A DNA stretch of 64,000 nt from an uncultured Methanolobus sp. (lineage in GTDB: Archaea > Halobacteriota > Methanosarcinia > Methanosarcinales > Methanosarcinaceae), in NCBI GenBank assembly GCA_963675495.1, contig OY776215.1, positions 1,536,001-1,600,000 on the forward strand. The letters are read 5' to 3'. The notes beneath the pieces were generated by a model. The model ran no database searches. It was not told the origin of the DNA and saw only the letters and a list, made by a program, of their open reading frames with translations. Shown in pieces: positions 20,630 through 30,566 of this stretch. The translations under genes were made by a program, and so were the position numbers. Numbering within the stretch: position 1 is the stretch's first letter; every line of letters begins with the position of its first letter.

Positions 20630-21069
20630 AGCAGTTATTCAAAAATGAAGAGGGAGTATCAACTATATTTGAATATATATTGTTCACCCTGATGTGTATT
20701 GGTTTTTTTTCGATAATAACCCTCAATGCAGAGGACATATTCATAAATGACCCAAATGACGTTGTAATGAAAGATGAGATGACAGATATCGGAAACATGA
20801 TGAGTACAATGATAACAGACATGTACCTCATTGTACCTCCTAATGGCTACATTGACACTGAATACAGAACACCTGTAAGAGCCGGCAGAGAACAGTACAC
20901 CATCAATGCCGATATCGCATATACGGATCAGATAATAGAAGTTATCTCCCAAACATCTGGAAAGAAAGTAAGAGTTACGATCGGTGGAATTGCTACGACA
21001 ATGCCGATCAACGGTACTGCATCAAGCAGTTCCACAAATCATATGATCAGCTATGACTCAAGAAGATAG
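20626..21069 (+). CDS. Type IV pilin-like protein D2
   Basis: MKQLFKNEEG|VSTIFEYILF; paralogue of D1. Confidence 0.8.
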   Translation: MKQLFKNEEGVSTIFEYILFTLMCIGFFSIITLNAEDIFINDPNDVVMKDEMTDIGNMMSTMITDMYLIVPPNGYIDTEYRTPVRAGREQYTINADIAYTDQIIEVISQTSGKKVRVTIGGIATTMPINGTASSSSTNHMISYDSRR

Positions 21070-21787
21070 AAGAGATGCAGCAGTTTCTGAAACACTGGGA
21101 TATATCCTGCTGTTTGCAATTGTGACCTTATCAATGGGAGTGATCTATGCGATCGGATACCCTGCATTGCAATCAAGTATCGATACGAACATATTCGAAA
21201 GTGCAGAACAGAATTTTATTGTGCTTCAAAGCAATATGGATAGAGTGGCATTTGACCAGACACCTGTTAAGGTTCACAAAATGAAACTCCAAAGCTCTAT
21301 GATCTCAGTGAGTAACGAGTCGTCGATGACCATTACTTATGATAGCAATCCACCATTGCCCATACCTAGCGGGAAGATAGAGTTTGAAAAGGATGGGAAG
21401 ACAGTTGCTTATGAAATGGGAAGTGTCTTTAAAACTTACCCTTCAGGTTCCACATTAATGGTATCAAAACCCCCCATCTATACCAGCACCATAGATAACG
21501 TTAATACAACAACCATAGGAATCGTTTCAGTAAATGGGCATTCCAGTGTGTCGGGAAAAGGTATAGCCACACTTAACCTTCAGCATAATTCTAGTTCTAT
21601 GGATATGACGTCATCACCAACGAATCTGACTGTCCAGATAAACAGTACACATGCTTCCAAATGGGGAGAATACCTTGAAGATGTAGGTTTTTCAGTAGCT
21701 AACACCACAAAATCATCAGTTACTGCCCATAAGAACGATACGATGGTGATACGTAGCGAACACGTGGTAGATGTAGATATTTCCTGA
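21053..21787 (+). CDS. Type IV pilin-like protein E2
   Basis: MTQEDRRDAA|VSETLGYILLFAIV; paralogue of E1. Confidence 0.85.
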   Translation: MTQEDRRDAAVSETLGYILLFAIVTLSMGVIYAIGYPALQSSIDTNIFESAEQNFIVLQSNMDRVAFDQTPVKVHKMKLQSSMISVSNESSMTITYDSNPPLPIPSGKIEFEKDGKTVAYEMGSVFKTYPSGSTLMVSKPPIYTSTIDNVNTTTIGIVSVNGHSSVSGKGIATLNLQHNSSSMDMTSSPTNLTVQINSTHASKWGEYLEDVGFSVANTTKSSVTAHKNDTMVIRSEHVVDVDIS

Positions 21788-22201
21788 GGATGATCCGTTG
21801 ATTCAACATTAATGGATCTCCACTTTTTCTTTCTTCTTTTTTTAGGTATTTGCAGGACTAAAGCAATTGAGTGATAATACAGATTTCTGGTTACAAGCAT
21901 ATCAAATGTTTGAAACTCATAATGAAAACACATGATATGATACTTGTCAGATCATCAGATTATGATACAATATTTTTAAAGAAGCAATCCTTCTATCTGG
22001 ATTTATTCTTGCACTGTAAGCTAAGACATTATAGAAAATACTGACCCATGCAAGCTGAATACTTCTGCGGCAAATATACCGATCATTATGAGAAATAAGG
22101 ATTTATTGACAGGAAGAGAGCCATCGGCATAAAAGAAAAAAAGAATATTTATCTAAAGAAAAGAAAATAATATGCTCCGAACAACGTCCGAAGCATCTGT
22201 T

Positions 22202-25200
22202 TTAGCTGATACTTATCATTCCTTTTGGTCTGAAATACACCGTATCAACGTCCACAACCATATTGCTTGAATTGTTTACATGGTACCCATATGAAGTAAT
22301 GTAAGCTTTACCGGCAATTGCACTTGTGAAATTAATAGTTTCTGAACCAAAAACAGTTACATTGACTTGGTTCTCATAATTCCCGAAATAACCGACGTTA
22401 CTATAAAGATACACATAGGCTATGGCAGGATTGCCTTCTGAGTCTTTTACTGTTAAACTGATATTAGTCGAATTATCAACCAGTATTATGTTCTCGTCAG
22501 GCTCAACATCCAGATGTTTCAGTGAATAGGAAGAGATATCTGCAAAACCTCCACTCACACTTGTACCTCCTGCACTGGGTACGTTAACTGAGATGATTTC
22601 AGAACTCAGATCTGTGTATGTTACTGAGGAACTTGATAGGATAACGGGAATATATCCCACACCTTCGACTCGCATCTGATACCATAGACCCCATTTATCG
22701 CCGGAGTCCATATTTGGTAAATACCATTTAAGTGTTTTTTTATCATTTGTTGTTGTAACAGTCGGCTCGGCATTGCCTGTTGAAGGTGACTTCGGTGTCT
22801 GGAATACAGTCGCATTTCCACGTGTAGCATTGCTGCTCCCTGAGACATAAGTGACCTTTGCAGCCGATAATGGTGTAATATAATTGTAAGGGACATCAAT
22901 ATTCATTGCAGTACCACTTGCCGAGAAATTTGTGATATCCGCGGCAATTCCCCGGAAGATATCCTTCAATACACTGGAATTAGGTGCAAAATAATATTCT
23001 CCACCTGTCATTATTGCAATTTCTTCCAGCATAGGATCTACTTCAGACTCGTCATTACCGAATCCTACTGTATAGATAATGGAATCGTTATCTTTTGCCT
23101 TATATGCTTCCTCCAGCAGGGAGTGGTAACCTGCGTTGTCCATACCATCTGACATGATGATTATTGTGGAGTTACCTTCCACTGAGGAAAGCTCATTATT
23201 AGCGAGCTCATTGTTGGCAACGAACAGACCTTCATCAATTGCAGTCAGCCCGTCTGCAGTCATCGTATCAATTACATTTTCAAGGTGACTGAGCGTATCA
23301 TTTTCAAATGTTGAAGCAGCACTGGCTGTCCACTGGTTCCACTGAACAGGTGTATCCTCTACAATGTTTTCTTTATCATCCACCACCATGTCAAAACATT
23401 CGAACAGCTTTGTGGATGATGTTTCCATTTCATTGATATAGGTCCAGGAAGAGCCATCCCATTTCTGCAAAGTAATATCATGACTACCATCCGATGCCAT
23501 AAGGAATATATCATCGGTTTCCGGCACCGTTGTTAGCTTCACCCAGCGCGTGTAACCGCTTCCAAGATGAATTGCTGAGGCCTCAGCACTCCACTTTGAC
23601 CCATCCCACGTGCGATACTTTGGTATGTATGAGCTATCACCCCATACAACTATACCTTCACCACTGGACATTTCAAAGGCAACATCTATCGATCTTCTGT
23701 TAACTTCATAGACACCAGTTTCAACTTCAAGTAACTCTTCCCATTCAGAACCATCCCATACGGCTGCATGGACGTCTTTATGGTCATCCTGTGTGGCCAC
23801 AAGTATTTCCCCGGAATTGGGATTGGCTGCCATTTTTATCCAATAGACGTGTTCATTAGAAGCATACAGGGTTTCTTCATCATCCCATTCTTCTTCATCG
23901 GCATCCCACATACAATATTTTACATAGCCAGACTGATCATACCATGAAACCATTGCCCTTCCTGGCTCTTCATCTTCTTCATCCTGCTCATAAACAACAT
24001 CAAAACACTGGTAGCCGTCCTGACTTGCATTAGTTGCTAGTTCTACAAACTCGCCCCATGAGGAGCCATCCCATACACTTCCATGGATGTCTCCTGCACT
24101 ATCAAGTGTCACAAGAACCATATCATTGGATCCCGGGTCTTCTGCAAGATGAATCCATTCAATACTACCATTTCCTGTGGGACTGAAGCCTTCGACTGCA
24201 GTAGCATTATTCCATGAAGAACCATCCCATACACTGTAAAGAGGAGTGGAATTGCTCACATTCATATCCATATAAACAACCACGGCATCTCCTGATGACT
24301 GTTCATACTTTATATCAAAACTTCTTGTGTAATAGTCCTGTGATACGTCAAAATACGGATCATTATCCAGGTTCTCAGAGAGCTCGTCCACATCACCCCA
24401 GGAAGAACCGTCCCACACCTGTGCATTCAGGTTCATGAAATCATTTGCACTGCACATAATTATCTCGGAGTTCATAGGATTGGATTCCAGTTTCAGGTAG
24501 TAAGGCCAGCCACCTACGTGGTTAGCACTTTGTTCAGCGGACCATGAATCACCCCCCTCCCATGTACGGAACTTAGGAGTGGAACCGTCTCCGCTGGCAT
24601 CATAATATGCAGCCATGATTTTATCCAGTACAGTTGTTGAATCCTCTATTGTGAATTGTGTATCAGTGAAGGAATTGTCTCCTTTGACAATATCCAGATG
24701 ATACGTATTCCCTGCCGTGAGTGTTTTGGAAATTTCGCATGAAGAAGTGCCACTTGACGAGGCTACAATGTCTGCACCATCATAAAGATTGATATCTATC
24801 AGTGAGCCATCGTTCCAGCCCACATCAAATGTGTAGTACCCGTCACTCTGCGCAGTGAAATAACCTACCCACGTACTATTGTCCAGAACATAACTTGTTT
24901 GAGTATTACTTAATTCCAGACCTTCAAAACTGTACAAGGCAAGTCCTGCTTTATCGCCCCTGCTTTCATCGAAGCTGGACATAAACGCATGAGAGGACAA
25001 CTGAGTCGCACTCTTCTTGTCTATATATGTAGAGATGGTAAAATCCTCTGTACCTGTACCAAAACCTATAACTTCAACTGTCCAGTTACCCATTTCAACT
25101 GTATCAACATCATCATCAGGATAGACAGTGAACACAGGGCGAATCCAGATATACTCGGAAGTATTGCTTTCTACATAGTATCCCCGGCTGTCGTTGGTAA

Positions 25201-28183
25201 TACTATATACATATCCGGAAGGACTCGTTAGCTGAAGATGAAGATTGTTGTCACTGTCTTCCCAATCAAGTTGGACCTTAAGGTCATTTATTGTTTCGTT
25301 GATCAGGAAAGTGTTATTGTAGGACTGGTCAATATTTGGCATATCCCATATCAAACTATAAGGATCACTATTAAGAGGGAAATACCCCATAAGTGAAGCT
25401 ATCACATAATCATTCCAGATAACCTCTATGTTCCTTCCGGCATTACCATATTCACTCATGTTCAGATATAGCCGGTACTCCCAAAATGTTACATTGTTAG
25501 AACCAGGTTTTAATGAGCCACTCAGGTCGTATTCATAATCTGCCCACTGATTATTAACGCTTGAAACCATTGATTCAGGGACTAATGTAAAGTTATCCCC
25601 ATTCAATTGTATAAGGCATTCTCCTGCTGTGGAACCACCATAATCCGACCCAGCGTCAAAAATATAATCCAGATCATATCCTTCGAATTGCAACAGAACA
25701 TCATCGTCTATGAATTCATCCATTTCCAGAGAATCCCGGAATGTATAATCATACGGAGTGAAACCGTCCACGCCAAAATCGACATCTGTGGCGTCATAAT
25801 CACTCAGTTCCTGGGCGATACTGGCGTATATTCCTTTTAGTTCGGAACTTGTTGGCGCGTTGTAATATTTGCCACCGGTTTCTGATGCTATATGCATTAA
25901 CAATGATTCATCAAGGTTGTTTCCCAGACCTATTGTATAAATCATGATGTCATTTGCCAAGGCATCATCAATTGCAGTGTCACCTCTTTGATCTTCACCT
26001 GTATTGGTATTTCCGTCTGTTAAAACTATCATTGCTCTTTTAGCAATTGAACGACCATCGTCAATAAGCAGGTCATTTGCATCACTCATACCTTCACCCA
26101 TTGCAGTTGCACCGCCATCCACCACACCATCAATTGAATTGTGTGCAAGGCTGATATTGTCGTATGAATTCAGATGAGTAAGACCCAGATCAGTAGAACT
26201 TGTATATGCAAATGAAACAAGACCTACCTCGGCGTTAGAAGTCAGATGATCTACAAAATCTTTTGCTGCCGTTTTTGCATCAGCTATTGGTGTTCCCGAC
26301 ATACTTCCAGAACGGTCCATTACAAGAACAACATCAAGAGGGCTACCGACATAATAATCCGGATCCATACTTCCTGAACGATCAAGGACGAGCATGGCAC
26401 TTGCTGCAGGCCTTACGATTGGAAGTTCACCTTCTATAGAGATTACCGTTGTCACATTTACAAGAGAACCACTTTCTATTTTAGGAGGAGCTACAGAAAT
26501 ATTTATGCTCATGAATGGTTCAGCTTTAATACTAATATTAGTTAAGCTACTGAAATTACCACTTGTAGCTACAATACTTGTGTTCCCTGAAACATTGCCT
26601 GTAAAAACAGCATATATCCGGCCAGTTGAGTCAGTAGTGGCATTAATGTAGTCAATGGAGCTCTTACCAGCAATTCTCAATGTTCCTGTCGTTGTATTGG
26701 TATTATTAAGTGTTAAAGGGATAGACGATAGTGCGTGACCCCATTGGTCCAAAGCAACACAATTGATTGTTGAGTTATGATTGCCACTTTGAGTTTGATC
26801 CAGCACAGCATTTGGGACAGCATAAAAGTCGATAGAATGCAGTGAATCTGCGGTGAAATCCAGCACACTGCTATTTGTGAAGCCGGTATATCCGGATTCG
26901 TTTCTGTAAGTGGCGGTTACCGAAACAGACTCAACATATGGAGTCGGACCCAGTTTAATATCTGCATGACCCAGTGTGTTCAAGGGAACCAATACTGAAC
27001 CAGTACTCGTTGAAAAACGGACCTGTTCCTTAATGCTGCTTGTAAGTGGCAATATTGGATTAAGGAACTGGTCTACAGGCCGGCCTGACAATGTGTAGTA
27101 GTCCATATTATTTGCGATTGCACTTTCCGGATTACTTATGAGGAAGAACTTGTCAATATTATCAGCAAGGCCGGTTATTGTGATGTTATGCTGCAGTGAG
27201 CTGTTAGCAACACCAATGGTGATTATGTTCTTACCTGAGCTCTTATCGGTTGTAAAAACATTACTGAATTGTCCATTAGCATCAGTTAACCCACTATAAG
27301 CATTTACATAAGCTGAATTATATGATATCGGACTGTTGTAATCGGTATTTTCAGGAGGAGTTACATTGAATGTGACATTTGCATTTTCGATATGGTTTGA
27401 ATATCGATCATAAACAAAAACATTGACATTTGAACTGGTATTAACAGTATAATCATCGTCATATGAAATTCTCATTGAACCCGGGGACCCGGGAACTATC
27501 TGAAGGTGTGTGCTATTTGACGCCAGGCTAGCAGAAGAATCAATTGAAATATCTCCTGCAACTGTCGAGTTCAGATTCAATACAGCACAATTTGATGAGC
27601 CACTTGAGTATGATTCATTCGAATGAGTATTGTTCACATCTAAAAATACGACACTACCCACAGAAACAGACAGGTCAATATCGTGCACCTGAATGCCGAA
27701 TTGATTATGAATAACTATGTTCAGGTTGATCGGGTCATTTGAATTGAGGTTTCCAAAAATATCTTCAGGATAGAATGTAATGTTAGTTACATTACCCGCA
27801 GTATTAACAGAATGGTTAGCCTGAACTATAAGAGAAGATGTTTCCAGTGGCAAGACCGTTACATTTGTGAGATTATAAGCGCTGCCTGTGCTTGCATTGA
27901 TATGTGCTATTCCCGAGGCGGTGGAGTTAATAGATATTTCTGCAATACCTGAAGAATCAGAGTATTTAGAAGAGGAGCTAAGAGTTCCCATATCTGTTGT
28001 GAAATTCACCAGTGAATTATTCACAGGTGTCCCATTATCCGTAATCACTACACTTATATTGACAGGATCGCCAGCGTTGCTTTGGATGTTCTGTGTCAGA
28101 AATTCAACATCCAATGCCAAAGCGGATAATGAAAATATAAGAAATATCAAGAAAATATATAGAATATTTTTAAAGTGTCCCAT
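22202..28183 (-). CDS. Giant secreted adhesin-like protein 2 (Ig-like, two vWA, propeller-like repeats), 1993 aa
   Basis: Collinear paralogue of 12868-18399 with the same motifs plus an extra ~130-aa segment. Confidence 0.9.
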   Translation of the reverse strand: MGHFKNILYIFLIFLIFSLSALALDVEFLTQNIQSNAGDPVNISVVITDNGTPVNNSLVNFTTDMGTLSSSSKYSDSSGIAEISINSTASGIAHINASTGSAYNLTNVTVLPLETSSLIVQANHSVNTAGNVTNITFYPEDIFGNLNSNDPINLNIVIHNQFGIQVHDIDLSVSVGSVVFLDVNNTHSNESYSSGSSNCAVLNLNSTVAGDISIDSSASLASNSTHLQIVPGSPGSMRISYDDDYTVNTSSNVNVFVYDRYSNHIENANVTFNVTPPENTDYNSPISYNSAYVNAYSGLTDANGQFSNVFTTDKSSGKNIITIGVANSSLQHNITITGLADNIDKFFLISNPESAIANNMDYYTLSGRPVDQFLNPILPLTSSIKEQVRFSTSTGSVLVPLNTLGHADIKLGPTPYVESVSVTATYRNESGYTGFTNSSVLDFTADSLHSIDFYAVPNAVLDQTQSGNHNSTINCVALDQWGHALSSIPLTLNNTNTTTGTLRIAGKSSIDYINATTDSTGRIYAVFTGNVSGNTSIVATSGNFSSLTNISIKAEPFMSINISVAPPKIESGSLVNVTTVISIEGELPIVRPAASAMLVLDRSGSMDPDYYVGSPLDVVLVMDRSGSMSGTPIADAKTAAKDFVDHLTSNAEVGLVSFAYTSSTDLGLTHLNSYDNISLAHNSIDGVVDGGATAMGEGMSDANDLLIDDGRSIAKRAMIVLTDGNTNTGEDQRGDTAIDDALANDIMIYTIGLGNNLDESLLMHIASETGGKYYNAPTSSELKGIYASIAQELSDYDATDVDFGVDGFTPYDYTFRDSLEMDEFIDDDVLLQFEGYDLDYIFDAGSDYGGSTAGECLIQLNGDNFTLVPESMVSSVNNQWADYEYDLSGSLKPGSNNVTFWEYRLYLNMSEYGNAGRNIEVIWNDYVIASLMGYFPLNSDPYSLIWDMPNIDQSYNNTFLINETINDLKVQLDWEDSDNNLHLQLTSPSGYVYSITNDSRGYYVESNTSEYIWIRPVFTVYPDDDVDTVEMGNWTVEVIGFGTGTEDFTISTYIDKKSATQLSSHAFMSSFDESRGDKAGLALYSFEGLELSNTQTSYVLDNSTWVGYFTAQSDGYYTFDVGWNDGSLIDINLYDGADIVASSSGTSSCEISKTLTAGNTYHLDIVKGDNSFTDTQFTIEDSTTVLDKIMAAYYDASGDGSTPKFRTWEGGDSWSAEQSANHVGGWPYYLKLESNPMNSEIIMCSANDFMNLNAQVWDGSSWGDVDELSENLDNDPYFDVSQDYYTRSFDIKYEQSSGDAVVVYMDMNVSNSTPLYSVWDGSSWNNATAVEGFSPTGNGSIEWIHLAEDPGSNDMVLVTLDSAGDIHGSVWDGSSWGEFVELATNASQDGYQCFDVVYEQDEEDEEPGRAMVSWYDQSGYVKYCMWDADEEEWDDEETLYASNEHVYWIKMAANPNSGEILVATQDDHKDVHAAVWDGSEWEELLEVETGVYEVNRRSIDVAFEMSSGEGIVVWGDSSYIPKYRTWDGSKWSAEASAIHLGSGYTRWVKLTTVPETDDIFLMASDGSHDITLQKWDGSSWTYINEMETSSTKLFECFDMVVDDKENIVEDTPVQWNQWTASAASTFENDTLSHLENVIDTMTADGLTAIDEGLFVANNELANNELSSVEGNSTIIIMSDGMDNAGYHSLLEEAYKAKDNDSIIYTVGFGNDESEVDPMLEEIAIMTGGEYYFAPNSSVLKDIFRGIAADITNFSASGTAMNIDVPYNYITPLSAAKVTYVSGSSNATRGNATVFQTPKSPSTGNAEPTVTTTNDKKTLKWYLPNMDSGDKWGLWYQMRVEGVGYIPVILSSSSVTYTDLSSEIISVNVPSAGGTSVSGGFADISSYSLKHLDVEPDENIILVDNSTNISLTVKDSEGNPAIAYVYLYSNVGYFGNYENQVNVTVFGSETINFTSAIAGKAYITSYGYHVNNSSNMVVDVDTVYFRPKGMISIS

Positions 28184-28395
28184 AGAAATACCTCGGTGTT
28201 GCCCTTGTTAACCAACCATATAATTGAAAGATAAGTGCCTATCTAAATTATGACATATGTGTAATAGATATATACTTACCAATATAAAGTAGTTCTTATA
28301 TTATAAAATAGTATAATTTGAGTATAATTAAACCCATGTTTACGAAAACCTTAAATCCGGCACACCCATTAACAAATCTCATTAAGGTGAAGTTC

Positions 28396-28827
28396 ATGAA
28401 GAAAGCAATCATTGAAACCGATAAAGGAACCATTGTTCTGGAACTGTTCGAGAAGGATGCACCAAAGACCGTAGCAAACTTCGAGAAGCTAATCAAAGAA
28501 GGATTCTATGACGGACTCACATTCCACAGAGTAATCCCAAACTTTATGATCCAGGGTGGATGTCCATCAGGAACCGGCACAGGCGGCCCGGGTTATTCAA
28601 TAAAGTGTGAAACAAAAAACAACCCACGCAAACACGGCAAAGGCGCACTTTCAATGGCACATGCCGGAAAAGATACAGGTGGAAGCCAGTTCTTCATCAC
28701 ACACTCACCACAGCCACACCTTGACGGCGTACACACTGTCTTTGGTCAGGTAATTGAAGGCATGGATGTCGTCAATAAGATCAAGGGAAAAGACGTAATG
28801 AAAAAACTCACAGTCGTCGAAGAATAA
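28396..28827 (+). CDS. Cyclophilin-type peptidyl-prolyl cis-trans isomerase
   Basis: [56 protein letters not shown]; ATG 28396 follows AAGGTGA. Confidence 0.96.
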   Translation: MKKAIIETDKGTIVLELFEKDAPKTVANFEKLIKEGFYDGLTFHRVIPNFMIQGGCPSGTGTGGPGYSIKCETKNNPRKHGKGALSMAHAGKDTGGSQFFITHSPQPHLDGVHTVFGQVIEGMDVVNKIKGKDVMKKLTVVEE

Positions 28828-28845
28828 CTCAACATTGACTTTTTT

Positions 28846-28880
28846 TGCAGCATCTTTGGTGCTGCATTTTCTGTTTTTAA
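28846..28880 (+). terminator. Hairpin plus T-tract after the cyclophilin gene
   Basis: TGCAGCA-N7-TGCTGCA (28846-28866) followed by TTTTCTGTTTTT. Confidence 0.55.
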
Positions 28881-28999
28881 GCATACCTTTTTAATTCTCC
28901 TGTATTCTCTATATATTATCAGAAGTGCATATGTCTAGTAGAATCACTCAGGTGCCTGCTAACTTAGAAACATTTTAATAGCAGAAGACGAAAGAAGAG

Positions 29000-29023
29000 C
29001 GTTATGTGCGGTTGAACATAACG
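29000..29023. promoter_or_regulatory. ModE-type operator palindrome upstream of modA
   Basis: Perfect inverted repeat CGTTATGT-N8-ACATAACG, ~20 bp downstream of a TTTTAATA TATA-like box; resembles the ModE box. Confidence 0.75.
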
Positions 29024-29077
29024 AATGGAGAATCAGTCTTCACCATTAAAGTCCAACTGACCAAATATAGAAAGGTA

Positions 29078-29872
29078 ATGATCATGGAACAAAACAAAAA
29101 ACTGATCCTGGCTATTGCAGCTATACTGACAGTTGTACTCTTTGTAAGTGGATGTGCAGACAAGGATGTAGAGCAGGTAGAAGTTACAACGGTTACAATA
29201 TCCGCTGCAGCAAGCCTCACCGAGGCTTTTAGTGATATCGAAGAACAATTTGAAAACGAGAATCCTACGATAGATTTAAATTTCAACTTTGCAGGGTCGG
29301 GAACTCTAAGAATGCAGATAGAAGGTGGTGCACCCATAGATGTGTTTGCATCCGCATCACAAAGCCACATGAACCTGCTAAGTGAGCAATCTTTGATAGA
29401 GGAAGATTCAAGGACAAATTTTGCAGAGAACACAGTAGTACTTATAGCCCCTATTGACAGTGAGCTCAATATTACCAACCCTGATGACCTGATGGATCCA
29501 GGAATTGAAACAATATGTATCGGAAATCCTGAAACCGCTCCTGTGGGCAAATATACAGTAGAAGCACTCAAAGAGAATGGACTATGGAATACACTTGAGA
29601 CAAAGACCATACTTGCAGAGAATGTAAAGCAGGTGCTAGTATATGTTGAGAGGAGTGAAATTGATGCAGGATTTGTCTACAGGACGGATGCAATGACAGC
29701 AGAACCCGATACTATCGAGATTAAAGCAACGTTGCCTACAGTAACACCCATAAGTTACCCCATAGCTGTAGTTTCAACATCAGAACATAAAGAAGAAGCA
29801 CAGAGATTTGTAGATTTTGTAATCTCAGATGAAGGTATATCAATTCTTGACTCATACGGATTTACTGCATAA
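29078..29872 (+). CDS. modA: Molybdate ABC transporter substrate-binding lipoprotein
   Basis: Lipobox VSGC; SAAASL, FAGSGTLRMQIEGGAPIDVFASA, PVGKY, ENVKQVL, DAGFVY. Confidence 0.95.
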   Translation: MIMEQNKKLILAIAAILTVVLFVSGCADKDVEQVEVTTVTISAAASLTEAFSDIEEQFENENPTIDLNFNFAGSGTLRMQIEGGAPIDVFASASQSHMNLLSEQSLIEEDSRTNFAENTVVLIAPIDSELNITNPDDLMDPGIETICIGNPETAPVGKYTVEALKENGLWNTLETKTILAENVKQVLVYVERSEIDAGFVYRTDAMTAEPDTIEIKATLPTVTPISYPIAVVSTSEHKEEAQRFVDFVISDEGISILDSYGFTA

Positions 29873-29888
29873 AACGGAATAAAAGACA

Positions 29889-30557
29889 ATGCTGGACGAG
29901 ATTGGGTTTCCCCTTTTGATCACACTGAAAATAGCGATAATATCTACCCTTCTGGTAGCACTGATAGGCGTGGTCATATCCTATTTGCTCGCAAGACGTG
30001 ATTTTAAGGGGAAATGGCTCGCAGATGTCATTGTCACTTTGCCCCTCGTACTTCCCCCTACAGTAACAGGATATCTTCTGGTCGTATTGCTGGGAAAGAA
30101 CGGAATCTTTGGGGAAATATTGTACAACATCACAGGATGGAACATACTTTTCACATGGGAAGCGGCCGTCATTGCAGCTTTTATCGTATCGCTTCCACTT
30201 ATGGTGAAAACAACTACTGCTGCCATTGAAGCGGTTGACAGGGAATATGAATACGCAGCATTTACCCTTGGAAGAAAGGAGATTGAAACAGCCTTTATGA
30301 TAACACTTCCACTTGCCAAAAAAGGAATTCTGGCAGGCATTGTACTTAGTTTTGCAAGAGCTGTGGGAGAATTCGGTGCAACACTAATGGTTGCAGGAAA
30401 TATCCCAGGTCGAACTAACACAATGTCTATTTCAATATACAGTGCATTCCAGGCAGGAAACGGTGAACTTGCCAATATGCTGGTGATCATACTTGTAACA
30501 ATGTCCCTGCTATCTATGGCCATAACTGCAAAACTTGTAAACAGCTGGAAGATATGA
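29889..30557 (+). CDS. modB: Molybdate ABC transporter permease
   Basis: LPLVLPPTVTG, EAA-like loop, FARAVGEFGAT, GNIPGRT. Confidence 0.96.
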   Translation: MLDEIGFPLLITLKIAIISTLLVALIGVVISYLLARRDFKGKWLADVIVTLPLVLPPTVTGYLLVVLLGKNGIFGEILYNITGWNILFTWEAAVIAAFIVSLPLMVKTTTAAIEAVDREYEYAAFTLGRKEIETAFMITLPLAKKGILAGIVLSFARAVGEFGATLMVAGNIPGRTNTMSISIYSAFQAGNGELANMLVIILVTMSLLSMAITAKLVNSWKI

Positions 30558-30566
30558 GGTAGTATA

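Larger units (their letters stand above)
9420..28290. repeat. Diverged tandem duplication of a ~9-10 kb unit (five pilin-like genes plus giant vWA protein); units about 9420-18500 and 18620-28290
   Basis: Same gene order, orientation and gene overlaps; paralogous protein sequences; similar upstream DNA (ttaacaaatattatttt vs ttaacaaactattttt). Boundaries are approximate. Confidence 0.93.

Noticed and set aside
23190-23222. Short tandem duplication ANNEL-ANNEL in adhesin 2
   Set aside because: A single in-frame 15-bp imperfect duplication, most likely neutral slippage.
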